Assembly: GCF_009914755.1 (NCBI RefSeq)
Contig: NC_060944.1
Direction: 5' to 3' (one strand)
Length of the DNA: 64,000 nt
Origin: the human T2T-CHM13v2.0 reference genome, Homo sapiens
Shown here: piece by piece, positions 27,601 to 42,400 of the stretch
How the letters are laid out: the number at the start of each line of letters is the position of its first letter
Position numbering within the stretch: position 1 is the first letter of the stretch
The notes under the pieces: model-generated
Told to the model about the DNA's origin: nothing
Database searches by the model: none
What the model saw: only the letters and a program-made list of their open reading frames with translations
Program-made: the position numbers and the translations under genes

Positions 27601-30600
27601 TGGGATTGGAATGGAATGAAATGGAATCTAACCGAATGGAATGATATGGAACAGAATGAAATGGAATCGAATGGATCGGAATGGAATGGAATTAACGCGA
27701 GTGGAATGCAATGGAACGGAATGGAATGCAATGGAATGGAATGGAATGGAATCAACCCGAGTGGAATAGAATGGAACGGAATACAATGGAATGGCATGGA
27801 ATGGAATGGAATGGAATAAACCCAAATGGAATGTAATGCAATGGAATGGAATGGAATGGAATGGAATGGAATGGAATGGAATGCAATAGAATCAACCTGA
27901 GTGGAATGGAATGGAATGGAATGGAATGGAATGGAATGGAATGGAATGGAATGGAATGGGATGGAATGGAATCACCCCGAGTGGAATGTAATGGAATGGA
28001 ATGGAATAGAATGCAATGGGATGTAATGAATCCGAGTGGAATGGAATGGAATGGAATGGAATGGAATGGAATGGAATGGAATGGAATGGAGTCAACCCAA
28101 TTGGAACGGAATTGAATGGAATGAAATCGAATGGTATGGAATGGAATGAAATGGATTCAACCCGAGTGTCATGGAATGAAACGCAATGGAATGGAATGGA
28201 ATGGAATGGAATGGAATGGAATGGAATGGAATGGAATGGAATGGAAAGCAATGCAAAGGAACGGAATCATGCCGAGAGGAATGCAAAGGAATGGAATGGA
28301 ATGGAATGGAATGGAATGGAATGGAATGGAATGGAATCCACCCCAGTCGAATGGAATGGAATGTAATGGAATGGTTTGGAATGGAATGGAATGGAATGGA
28401 ATAGAATGGAAAGAACCAGAGTGGTATGCAGTGGAATGGAATGGAATGGAAAGGCATGGATGGAATGGAATCAACCCGAGTGGAATGTAATGTAATGTAA
28501 CGGAATGGAATGGAATGGAAGGGAAGGGAATCAACCCTAGTGGAACGGAATGGAATGAAATGGAATGGAGTGGAATGGATTGGAATGGAATGGAATGGAA
28601 TGGAATGGTATCAACCCTAGTGAAATGAAATGGAATAGAATGAAATGGAATGGAATGGATTGGAAAGGAATCAACCCATATGGAATGGAATGGAATGGAA
28701 TGGAATGGAATGGAATGGAATGGAATGGAAAAGAATGGAGTGGAATCAACCCGTGTGGAATGGAATGCAATGGGATGGAATGGAATCAACCCGACCGGAT
28801 TGGAATGGAATGAAGTGGAATGGAATTGAATGGAATGGAATAAACCCGAGTGGAATGGAATGGAATGGCACGGAATGGAATGGAGTGGAATGGAATGGAA
28901 TGGAATGGAATGGAATGGAGTGGAATGGAATGGAATGGAATGGAATGGAGTGGAATGGAATGGAATGGAATCAACCAAAGTGGAATGGAATGGAATGGAA
29001 TGGAATGGAATGGAATGGAATGGAATGGTATGCAATGGGATGGAGTGGAATCAAAACAAGTGGTATGGAATGGAAAGGAAAGGAATGGTATGGAATACAA
29101 TGGAATGGAATTTAATGGAATGCAATGGAATGGAATCAGACCGAATGGAATGGAAAGGTATACAATGGAAACCAATGTAATGGAACGGAATGGAATGGAA
29201 TGGAATTCAATGGAATCAAACCGTGTGGAATGGAATAGAATGGAATGGAATGGAATGGAATCGAATGGAATTGAATGGAATGGAATGCAATGGAATGAAC
29301 CCCAGTGGAATGGAATGGAATGGAATGGAATGGAATGGAATGAAATCAACCCGAGTGGAAAGGAATGGTATGGAATGGAATGGAATAGAATGGAATGGAA
29401 TGGAATGGTATCACCCCGAGTGGAATGCAATGGAATGGAATGGAATGCAATTGAATCAAATGGAATGGAATGGAATGGAATCAACCCGAGTGGAATGGAA
29501 TGGAATGGAATAGAATGCAATGGAAACGAATGTAATGAGACGGAATGGAATCAACGCGAGTGGAATGTAATGGAATGGAATGGAGTGGAATGGAATGAGA
29601 TGTAAACAATCTGAGTGGAATGGAATGGAATAGAAAGGAATACAATGGAATGGAATGGAATGGAATGGAATCAACCAGAGTGGAACAGACTGGAATGGAA
29701 TGGAATGGAATGGAATGGAATGGAATGGAATGGAATGGAATGGCATGGAATGGAATGGCATGGAATGGAATGGAGTGGAATGGAATGGAATCAACATGAC
29801 TGAAATGGAATGGAATGCAATGGAAAGGAATGGAATGGAATGATATGCAATCAACCCTATTAGAATGGAATTCAATGGAATACAATGCCATGGAATGGAA
29901 TCTAACAGAGTGGAATGGAATGGAATGGAAAGGAATGGAAAGGAATGCAATGGAATGGAAACAACCAGTGTGGAATGGAATGGAATGGATGGAATGCAAT
30001 GGAATGGAAACAACCAGTGTGAAATGGAATGGAATGGATGGATTGCAATGGAATGGAATGGAGTGGAATGGATTAGAATGGAATGAAATGGAATGGAGTC
30101 AACCCGAGTGTAATGGAATGGAATGGAATGGAATCGAATGGAATCAACCAGAGTGGAATGGAATGGAATTGAATGCAATGGACTGGAATCCACAGGAGAG
30201 TAATGGAATGGAATGGAATGGAACAGAATGGAAAGAAATCAACCCGAGTGCATTGGAATCGAATGGAATGGAATGGAATCAAACCTAGTGGAGTTTAATG
30301 GAATGGAAAGGAATGGAATGGAATGCAATGGAATGGAATGGAACGGAATGGAATGGAATGGAATCACCCAGAGTGGAATGGAAAAGAATGGAATGGAATC
30401 AAATGGAATGCAATGGAATGGAAGCAACCCGAGTGGAATGGAAAGGAATGGAATGGAATGGAATGCAATGGAATGGAATCGAATCAACACAAGTGAAATG
30501 TAATGGAACGGAATGGCATGGAATGGAATGGAGTCAACCATAGTGAAATGGAATGGAACGGAGTGGAATGGAATGTAATAAAATGGAATGGAATGGAATG

Positions 30601-31849
30601 GAATGGAATGGAATGGAATGGAATGGAATGGAATGGAATGGAATGGAAGGGAATGGAAGGGAATGGAATGCAAAGCAATGGAATGGAATGGAATCAACCT
30701 GAGTGGAATGCAATGGAATGGAATGGAATGGAATGGAAAGGAATGGAATGGAATGGAACGGAATCAACACGCGTGGAATGGAAAGGAATGGAATGGAATG
30801 GAATGGAATGGAATCAACTTGAATGGAACAGAAAGGAATGGAATGGAATGGAATCACCCCAAGTGGAAAGGAAGGGAATGGAATGGAATGGAATGGAATG
30901 GAGTGGAATGGAACAGAATGGAATGGAATCAAGCAGAATGGAATGGAATGGAATGGAATGGAATGGAATGGAATGGAATGGAATGGAATGGAATTGAGCG
31001 GAATGGAATCAACACGAGTGGAACGGAATGGAATGGAATGGAATAGACCCAAATAGAGTGGAATGGAATGGAATGGACTCGAGGAATGAACCCGAATGGA
31101 ATGGAATGGAATGGAATTCAGTGGAGTGGACTCTAATCGAATGGAATGGAATTGAATGGATTCGATTGTAACGGAATGGAATGGATTGGAATGGAATGGA
31201 TTTGAATTGAATGGACTCAAATGCAATGGAATGGAATGGACTCGAATGGAATGGAGTGGACTCGAACGGAATGGAGTGGACTGGACCCGAATAAAATGGA
31301 TTGGAATTGAATGGACTAGAATGTAATGGAAAGTAACGGAATGGAATGAACTCAAATGGAATGGAACGTAATGGATTACAATGAACTCAAACGCAATGAA
31401 ATGCAATGGACTCCACTAGAATGAAATAGAACGGAATGGAATCAACTCTAATGGAATGCAATGGAAACGAATGAAATGGAATGGAATGGAATCGAATGGA
31501 ATGGAATGGAATGGAACCGAATGGACTCAAATGAAATGCAATCCAATTGATTGGAGTCGAAAGGTGTGCAATGGAATGGAATGCACTTGAAAGGAATGGA
31601 AAGGAATGGAATGGAATGGAATGCAATGGAATGGTATGTAATGGGATGGACTCTAAGGGAATGGAATGGAATGGACTCGAATGGAATGGAAGGGACACGA
31701 ATGGCATGGAATGGAAAGGACCGGATGTAATGGAATGCAATGGAATGGAATGGAATGGAATGGAATTAAATGGACTCCAAGAGAATGGAATGGAATGGAA
31801 TGGAATGGAATGGAATGAAACAGAATGGACTCGAATGGAATGGAATGGA

Positions 31850-33420
31850 ATGGACTCAAGTGGAATAGAATGGGTTTAATGGAATGGACTCTAATGGAAT
31901 GGAATGCAATGGGCTCGAATGGAATGAAATGAAACGGACTCGAATGAAATGGAATGGAATTGAATGGAATTGATTGGAATGGATTGGAACGGAAAGGAAT
32001 TGAATGGAATGGAATGGAATGGACCCTAATGGAATGGAATGGAATGGGATCGAATGGAATGGAATGGAATGGAATGGATTCGAATGGAATTGCACGGAAT
32101 GGAATCTAATGGAATGTATGAAATGGAATGGCATTGAATGGAATAGAATTGAATGGAATAGAATGGAATGGAATGGACTCACATGTAATGCAGTTGAATT
32201 GAATTGACTCGAAAGGAAACAAATCGAGTGGAATCGAATGGAATGAAATGGATTGGAATGGAATGCAATGGACATGAATGGAATGGAATAGTATGGACTT
32301 CAATGGAATGGAATGGACTCGAATGAAATGGAGTGGAATGGAGTCAACTCGAGTGGAATGGAGTGGAACGGAATGGACTCGAATGAAATGGAGTGCAATT
32401 GAATGGACTTCAAAGGAGTGCAATGGAATGGACTCGAGTGGTATGGAAGGGACACGAATGGCATGGAATGGAATGGACCTCAATGAAATGGAATGGAATG
32501 GACCCGAATGGAATGGAATGGAATGGACTCGAATGGAATGGAATGGAATTGACTCGAATGAAATTGAATGGAATGGAATGGAATGGAATGGAATGGAATG
32601 GAATGGAATGGACTTGAGTGGAATGGAATGGAATGGACTCAAGTGGAATAGAATGGGTTTAATGGAATGGACTCTAATGGAATGGAATGCAATGGACTCG
32701 AATGGAATGAAATGAAACGGACTCGAATGAAATGGAATGGAATTGAATGGAATTGATTGGAATGGATTGGAATGGAAAAGACTTGAATGGAACAGAATGG
32801 AATGGACCCTAACAGAATGGAATGGATTGGAATGGGATCGAATGGAATGGAATGGAATGGAATGGATTCAAATAGAATTGCACGGAATGGAATCTAATGG
32901 AATGTATCAAATGGAATGGAATTGAATGGAATAGAATTGAATGGAACAGAATGGAATGAAATGGACTCGCATGTAATGCAGTTGAATTGAATTGACTCGA
33001 AAGGAAAGAAATCGAATGGATTCGAATGGAACGAAATGGATTGGAATGGAATGGAATGGACATGAATGGAATGGAATGGTATGGACTTCAATGGAACGGA
33101 ATGGACTCGAATGAAATGGAGTGGAATGGAGTCAACTCGAGTGGAATGGAGTGGAACGGAATGGACTCGAATGAAACGGAGTGCAATTGAATGGACTTCA
33201 ATGGAGTGGAATGGAATGGACTCGAGTGGAATGGAAGGGACACGAATGGCATGGAATGGAATGGACCTCAATGAAATGGAATGGAATGGACCCGAATGGA
33301 TTGGAATGGAATGGAATGGAATGGAAAGGAATGCAATGGACATGAATGGAATGGAATGGAATGGAATGGAATTGACTCGAATGAAATTGAATGGAATGGA
33401 ATGGAATGGACTTGAGTGGA
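31850..33420 (+). repeat. ~785 bp tandem duplication (2 moderately diverged copies)
   Basis: GGACTCAAGTGGAATAGAATGGGTTTAATGGAATGGACTCTAATGG at 31,852 and 32,635. ORFs 32278/33066 are homologous (offset 788). Confidence 0.9.
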
Positions 33421-36400
33421 ATGGAAGTGACACGAATGGCATGGAATGGAATGGACCTCAATGAAATGGAATGGAATGGACCCGAATGGAATGGAATGGA
33501 ACGCAATGGAAAGGAATGGAATGGACACGAATGGAATGGAATGCAATGCAACGGAACGGATTGGAATGGTATGGACTCCAATGGAATGGAATGGAATGGA
33601 ATGGAATGGAATGGACTCAAATGGAATGGAATGCAATGGAATGGAATCGAATGGAAAAGAAATGAATGGATTGGACTCGAATGAATTCGAATGGATTGGA
33701 CTAGAATGAAATGGTATGGAATGGATTCAAAATGAATGGAATGGAATGGAATGGACTCGAATGGTATGGAATGGAAGGGAAATGACTCGAGTACAATGGA
33801 GTGGATTCGAATGGAATGGAATGGACTCGAATGGAATGGAATGGAGTGGAATGGAACCGAATGGAATGGGATGGAATGGAATGGAAAGGAATGGAAATGA
33901 ATCGAATAGAATGGAATGGAATGGACCCGAATGGAGAGGGAATGAATGGAATGGACTCGAATGGAAAGAATGGAATGGAATAGAATGGAATGCAGTGGTA
34001 TGGAATGGAATGGACTTGAATGGAGTAGTATGGATGGAAAGGAAAGGACTTAAAAGGATTGGAATGGAATGGACTCGAATGGAATACAATGGATACGAAT
34101 GGAATGGAATGGAATGCAATGGAATGGAATAGAATGGAATGGAATGATATGGAATGGAATGGACTTGAATGGAATAGAATGGAGTGGAAAGGAATGGACT
34201 TAAAAGGATTGCAATGGAATGGACTCAAATGGAATAAAATGGATATAAATGGAATGGAATGGAATGGAAAGGAACAGACTTGAATGGAGTAGAATGTGAT
34301 TTAATGGAATTTATTGTAAAAAAAAACGAATGGAACGGACTCGAATGGAATGCAATAGAATGGACTCGAATGGAATGGAATGCAAAGGAATGGACTGGAA
34401 TGGAATGGAATGGAATTGAATAGACTTGAATGGAAAAGAGTGGAATTGAACTGAAAGAAATGCATTTGAATGGAATGGACACGAATGGAACGAAATGGAA
34501 TGGAAAGGAATGGTCTCGAATAGAATGGAATAGAATGGAATGGAATGGACTCGAATATAATGGAATGGTATGGAATGGACTCAAATGAATTGGAATGGAA
34601 TGGACTCTATTGGAATGGAATGGAACTGAATGTACTCAAATGGAATGGAGGAATGGAATTGAATGTACTCATATGGAATGGAGTAATTGAATTGACTCGT
34701 ATGAAATGGAATGGAATGGACTCGAACGGAATGGACTGGACAGGAATGGAATGGAACGGAATGGAAAGGACTTAAATTTAATAGAATGGAGTGGATTCTA
34801 ATGGAATGGAATGCAATGGAATTGATTCGAATGGATTGGAAAGGAATGGACTCGAATGTAATGGAATGGATTGAAATGGAGTCGAAAGGGATGGGATGGA
34901 ATAAACTCTATAGGAATGGAATGGAGTGGAATGGACTCGAATGTAATGGAATGGAAATCACGCAAATAGAATTGAATTGAGTCTAATGGATTGAAGTTAA
35001 ACGGAATGGAACGGAATGGAATGGACTCGAATGGAATGGAATGAAATTAACACGAATGCAATGGAATGGAATGGAAAGAAATGGTCTCGATTGGAATGGA
35101 AGGGAATGGAATGGACCTGAATTGAGTGGAATGGAATGGAACGGACCCGAGGGGAATGGAATTGAATGGGCCCGAATGGAATGGTATCGAATGGAAGGGC
35201 AAGGACTGGAATTTAATGGAGTGGAATGGTATGGAATGGAATGGACTCTAATGAAATAGAATAGAATGGAATGGAATGGAATCAAAATTAATGGAATGGA
35301 TTGGACTCAAACGGAATGGAATGGAAATGAATGGAATGGAATGGAATGGACCAGAATGGAATGCAATGGAATGGAATGGAATGGAATGGCCTCGAATGGA
35401 ATGTAGTTGTATTGAAGGGATCCGAAAGGAATGGAATGGAATGGAATGGACTCGTATAGAATGAAATGGAATGCAATGGAATCGAATGAAATGGAATGGA
35501 CTCAAATGGAATGTAATGCAATAGAATCGACTCGAGTCGAATGGAATGGAGTGCAACGGAATGGACACTAATGGAATTGAAAGGAATGGAAAATACTTGA
35601 GTGGAATGTAATGGAAGGGAATGGACTCAAATGGAATGGAATGGTGTTTAAAGGAATGGACTATAATGGACTGGAATGCAATGGACTCGAAAGGAATGCA
35701 GTGGTATGAACTCAAAAGAAACGAAATGGAATGGAATGGACTCGAATGCACTGGACCCAAATTGAATGGCATGTAATGTAATGGAATGGGATGCAATGGA
35801 CTGGACTGGAATGGAATGGAATGGAACGGACTTGAATGGAATAGAATGTAATGGAATGGAAAGGTCATCAAGTCTAAAGAATGGAATGGACTCCAATGGA
35901 AAACAATGGACTCGAATGGAATGGAATGGAATGGAATTTATTGTAATGGATTCTTACAGAATGGAAACTAATGGAATGGAAAGGAATGGACTCGAATGGA
36001 ATAGAGTGGAAGGGACTCTAATGGAATGGAATGCAATGGAATGGAATGGAATGGAATGGAATGGAATGGAATGGAATGGAATGGAATGGAATCGAATGGA
36101 ATAGAATGGACTTGAATGATCTTGATAGGAATGAAATTTAATTGAATGGAATGGACCCAAAAGAAATTTAATGCAATGAAATGGACTCGAATGGAATGGA
36201 ATGGAGTGAAGTGGACTTGAAAGGAAAGGAATGGAATGGAATGAACTCGCATGGAATGGAATTGAACGGGCTCGACAGGAATGGGTTGGAATGGAATGGA
36301 CACAAATGGAATGGAATGCAAAGGACTGAAATGGAATAGAATGGAATGCAATGGACTCAAATGGAATGGAATGCAAAGGACTGAAATGGAATGGAACCGA

Positions 36401-39400
36401 CTCATATGGATTGAATGGAATGGACTCGAATGGACTGGACATGAATGGAATAGAATAGAATGGAATGGAGTCAAATGTAATAGAATGGAATGGAACGGAA
36501 TGCAATGGACTTGCATTGTATGCAATTGAATTGAATTGAGTCGACAGGAATAAAATTGAATGGAATGGAAAGGAATGGAATGGAAAGGACACGAATGGAA
36601 TGGAATAGAATGGACTCGAATGTAATGGAATGGACTCGAATGGAATGGAATCGACTCGAGTGGAATGGAGTGGAATGTAATGGACTCAAATGAAATGGAA
36701 CATAACCGAATGGAATCGAATGGAGTGGCATGGAATGGAATGGAAATGAATGGAATGGAAGGGACACGAATGCCATGGAAAGGATTGGACCCGAATGGAA
36801 TGGAATGGAATGGAATGGAATGGAATGGAATGGAAAGTAACGGAATGGAATCGAATGGAATGGAATGGAATGGAAAAGAATAGACACGAATGGAATGGAA
36901 TGGAATAGAATGGAATGCAATTGAATGGAATGGAATGGAATGAACTCGAGTGCAATGGAATGGAATGGAATAGATTGGAACCGAATGGAATGGGATGGAA
37001 TGGACTCGAATGGAATGGAATGGAATGGAGTCGAATGGAATAGAACAAAATGGGTTGGACTCGAATGTAATGGAATGGAATGTACTCGAATTAAATGGAA
37101 TCGAAAGGAATGGACTTGAAAGGTATGTAATGGAACGGAAACGACTCGAGTGCAATGGAATGGACTCGAAATGTATGTAATGGAATGGAAAAGACTCGAG
37201 TGCAATGGAGTTGACTTGAATGGAATACAATGTAATGGACTCGAATGGAATGGAATTGAAATGACACGAACGGAACGGAATGCAATAGACATTTAAGGAC
37301 ACGAACGGAATAGAATGGAGTGGAATGGACCCGGATGGAAGGGAATGGAAATGAATGGACTCGAATGGAATGGAATGCAATGGAATGGACCCGAATGGAA
37401 TGGAATGGAATGGAATGGAATGGTATGGAATGGAATGGACTTCAATGGAATCGAATGGAAAAGAATGGAATGGACGAGAAAGGAATGGAATGGAATGGAC
37501 TCTAAAGGAATAGAATGGATACGATTTGAATGGAATGGAATGGAACGGATTTGAATGGAATAGAATGGGATTTAATGGAATGGACTCTAAAGGAATGGAA
37601 TTGAATGGACTTGAATGGAATGAAATGGAATGGACTCGAATGGAATGGAATGGAATGCAATGGACTTCATTGGAATGGAATGGAATAGAATGGAATGGAA
37701 TGGAATGGAATGGAATGGAATGGAATGGAATGGAATGGAATGGAACCGAACGGAATGGAATGGAGTGGAATGGAATGGAATGGAATGGATTTTAATGTAA
37801 TGGAATGGAATGGAGTGGACTTGAATGGAATACAGTGGAATATAATGGAATGGAATGGAATGGAATGGAATGGAATGGAATTGACTTGATTGGAATCGAA
37901 CGGAATGGAGTGGACTGGAATGGAATACAATGGAAATGAAAGGAATGGACTCGAAGGCAATGGAATGGAATGGACTCAAATGGAACAGAATTGTCTCAAA
38001 TAGAATGGAATGGAATTAAATCAGTCAATTATAATCGAAAGGAATCTAATGGAATGCAAAGAATGGACTCGAATGGAATAGAATGGAAGAGAATGGAATG
38101 GACTCGAATGTAATGGAATGCAAAGGAATGGACTAGAATGGAATGAAATGCAACGGATTCGAATGGAAAGAAATCAAATTGAATGGTCTCGAAAGAATAG
38201 AATGGAATGCAATGGAATGGACACGAATGGAATGGAATGGAATAAAATGGAATTGAATGGAATGGAACCGAAAGGAATAGATTGGAATGGAATGGACGCA
38301 AATGGAAAGGAATGGAGTGGAATGGACTCGAATAGAATGGAGTGGAATGGAATGGACTCAAATGGAATGGATTGGACTCGAATGGAATGGAAATGAATGG
38401 ATTGGACTCTAATTAAATAGAATAGAATTGAATGTAATGGACTCGAATGGAATGGAAAGGAATGGACTCAAATGAAATGGAATGGACTCGAATGGAATGG
38501 AGTGGAATGGAATGGACCTGAATGAAATGGAATGGAGTGGAATGGAACGGAATGCACTCGAATAGAATGGAATGGAATGAACCCGAATGGAATTGAATGG
38601 AATGGAAAGGTTTGGACTCGAATGGAATGGAAGGCAATGGAATGAACCAGAACGGAATGGAATGGAATGGAATGGAATGGAATGGAATGGAATGGAATGG
38701 AAAGGAATGGACGTGAAAGGAATGAAAAGGAAAGGAATGGACCCCAACGGAGTGGAATGGAATTTAATTGACTCGAATGAAATGGAATAGAATTGACACA
38801 TATAGAACGGAATCGAATGGAATGGAAAGGAATTGGATGGAATGGAATGGAAAGGAATGAAATGAAATAGTAAGGTCTGGAAAGAAATGGACTTAGATGG
38901 AATAGAATAGAACGGAATGGAATCGAAAGGAATGGAATGGAATGGAATGGACTCCAATGGAATGGAAATGAAATGAAGAAATAGAATGGAATAGAACGGA
39001 CTCGAATGGAAAAGGATGGGATGTAATGGAATGGACTCCAATGGAATGGAATGGAATGGATTTCAACGGAATGGAATCGAATGGAATGGAATGGAATTGA
39101 ATGGACTGGATTGGAATGGAATGGAATGGAATGGAATGGAATGGAATGGAATGGACTCGAATGCAATGGAATGGAATGGACCTGAATTGAAAGGAATGGA
39201 ATGGAAGGGAATAGAATGGAATGGAATGGAATGGAATGGAATGGAATGGAATGGAATGGAATGGAATGGAATGGAATGGAATGGAATGGACTCAAAGGCA
39301 TAGGAATGGAGAGGACTCGAGTGGAATGGAATGGAATTTAATGTATTGAAATCTAATGAAATGCAATATAATGGAATGGAAAGGAATGGAATCGAATCGA

Positions 39401-42400
39401 ATAGAATGGAATGGACTCTAATGGAATGGAATGGAATCAAATGGAATGGAGTGCAATGGATTCAAATGGAATGGAATGCAGTTGAATGGATTCGAGTCAA
39501 ATGGAATGTAATGGAAGGAAATGGACTCGAATGGAATGAAATATAATGGAATGAAATGCACTTTAATGAAATGGAATATAATGGTATGGAATGAAATGGA
39601 ATGGAATGGACTTGAATGTTATGGAATGCAATTGAATGGACTCGAAAAGAATGGATTGGAACGGAATGAAATGGAGTGGAATGCAATGGACTCGAAAGGA
39701 ATGTAATGGAATGAAATTTGCTCATGTGGAATTCAATGGAATGGAAAGGAATGGGAAGGAATGTACCCGAATGTAACGCAGTTGAATTGAATGGTCCCGA
39801 AAGCAATGGAATGGAATGAAATGGAATGCAATGGAATGGATTCGAATTTAATAGAATCGAATGGAATGGACTCGAATAAAATGCAATGGACTCGAATGGA
39901 ATGGAATGGAATGGAATCGAGTTGAGTGGAATAGAATGGAATTGAATGAAATTGAGTCGAATCAAATGGAATGCAGTGGAATGGACCCAAATAGAATGCA
40001 ATGGAATGCAATAGACTCGAATGGAACGGAATTGAATGGAATGGACTCGAATGGACTGCAATGGAATAGAATGGAGTCGAATGGAATTGAACGGACGCAA
40101 ATGCAAATTAATGGAATGGACTAGAACTGAATATAATGTAACCAAATTAAATGGAATGGAATGGTGATGAACGGAACAGAATGGAATGGAATGGGAAGGA
40201 ATTTACACGAATTTAACGGAACGGAATGGAACGGAATCGAATAGAAAGGAATGGAATGGAATTGACTCAAATGGAATGGAATGGATTCGAATGGAATGAA
40301 ATGTAATCGAATGGCCTTGAATGGAATGGAATGGATTTGACTCGAATGGAATTGAATGGAATGGACCTGAATGTAATGGATCGAAAAGTTGTCGAATTGA
40401 ATCAAATGGAATGGATTGGTCTCAAATGGAATGGAATGGAATGGAAAGGAATGGGTTCGAATGGAATGGAATGGAATGGAATGGAATGGAATGGAATGGA
40501 ATGGAATGGAATGGGTTTAAATGGAATTCACTTGAATGGAATTGAATGGAATGGACTCAAATGAATTAGCATGGAATGGATTTGAATCGAATGCAATGGA
40601 ATGGACTCGAATGGAATTGAATGGACTCGAATAAAATGGAGTTGAATGGACTCGAATGGAATTGAATGCAATGGACTGTAAGGGAATAGAATGGAATGGA
40701 ATGGAATGAAGACGAATGGAATGGAATGAACACGAATGGAACGGAATGGAATGAAATGGACTCGAATGGAATGGAATGGAATGGAAAGGACTCAAATGTA
40801 ATGGAAGGGAATGCAATGGCAGGGAATGAAATGGAATAGACTCGAATTGAATGCAGTTGAATTCAATGGACACAAAATGAATAGAAAGGAATGGAATGGA
40901 ATTTAATGGAATGGAATGGAATGGAATGAAATGGACTCGAATGGAATGGTCTCCAATGAAATGGAATGGAATGGAATCGACTTGAGTGTAATGGAATGGA
41001 AGGGAAACGACAGAAATGGAACGTAGTGGAAAAAATTGGAATGGCATGCAATGGAATGGAATAGACTCGAATGGAATGGAATGGAAGGGAATGGAATGGA
41101 ATGGACTCGAATGGAGTTGAATAGAATTGACAAGGAATTGAATTGAATGTAATGGAATGGATTGGAATAGAATGGAATGGAATGGAATGGATTCAAACGC
41201 AGTGGAATGGATTGGACTCAAATTGAATAGAATGGAATTGACTCAATTGGAATAAATTGGAATGTACCCTAATGGAATGGAAAAGAATGGACTCGAATGG
41301 AAATGAATGGAATGGAATGGAATGGACATGAATTGAGTGGAATGCAACGGAATAGAAAGGAATGGATTTGAGCTGAATGGATTAGAATGGAATGGAATCA
41401 AACGGAGTTGAATGAAATGGAATGGAATGGATTTGAATGGAATGGAATGGATTTGAATGGAATGTAATGAAACGGAATGGAGGGGAAAGGACTCAGAGTG
41501 AATGTAATGGAAGGGACTCAACTGTAATGGAATGGAATGGACTCAAATGCCTTAGAATGGAATGGAATAGACCCGAAAGGAACGTGTTGGAATGGACACG
41601 ATTGGAATGGAATGGAATGGAATGGACTTGAATGGAATAGAATGGAAAGGAATGGAATGGAGTCGAATGACATGGAATGGAATCAAATGGATTTAAATGG
41701 ACTCGAGTGGAATGGAATGGAATGGAATGGAATGGACTTGAATGGAATGGATTGGAATGGATTCTAATGGAATGAAGAGGAATTTATTGGATTTGATTCA
41801 AACGGTATATAATGGTATGGAATGAACTTGAATGGAATGGAAGGAAATGGACTCAAATTGAATGGAATGGAATGGAATGGACTCGAATGGAATAAAATGG
41901 AATTTAATGGAATGGACCATAAAGTAATGGAATGGAATGGATTTGAATGGACTAGAATGGAATGCACTTGCATGGAATGTAATATAATGGAGTAGACTCG
42001 AATGGAATGGAACGGAATGGACTTGAATGGAATCTAATTGAATTCAATGGACCCGAAAGGAACGGAATGGTGTGCAATGGAATGGACTTGAATGGTATGG
42101 AAAGAATTGGACATGAATGGAATTGGATACAATGGAATAAAATTGAATGCAATGGAATGGAATTGACTTGAATGGAATTGAATGGAATGGAATAGACTCA
42201 AAAGGAATAGAATGGAATGGGAGGGACTGTAATGGATTGGAATTGAATGGACTCAAAAGGAATGGAATGGAATGGAATGGACTCTAATGGAATGGAATGG
42301 AATCGAAGAGAATGGAATGGAATGGACTTGAATGAAATGGAATGGAATGGAATAGACTCGAATGGAATGGAATGGAGTGAAATGGAATAAACTCGATTGC

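Larger units (their letters stand above)
1..31045 (+). repeat. HSat3 domain 1: CAACCCGAGT-punctuated variant (probably an HSat3B-type subfamily)
   Basis: GGAATCAACCCGAGTGGAAT and variants (CAAACCGAGT, CAAAACGAGT, CAACCTGAGT, CAACACGAGT) recur every ~50-150 bp. The reverse complement ACTCGGGTTG is the classical Sat3 interspersed decamer. Last clear instance at ~31,010. The subfamily label is inferred. Confidence 0.85.

Noticed and set aside
1-31045. CRISPR-like pattern of a recurring CAACCCGAGT motif separated by variable spacers
   Set aside because: The motif is only 10 bp and degenerate, the spacers are GGAAT runs of irregular length rather than unique sequence, and there are no cas genes or leader.
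34318-34326. Retrotransposon poly-A remnant
   Set aside because: Only 9 A, with no Alu/L1/SVA body and no target-site duplication.
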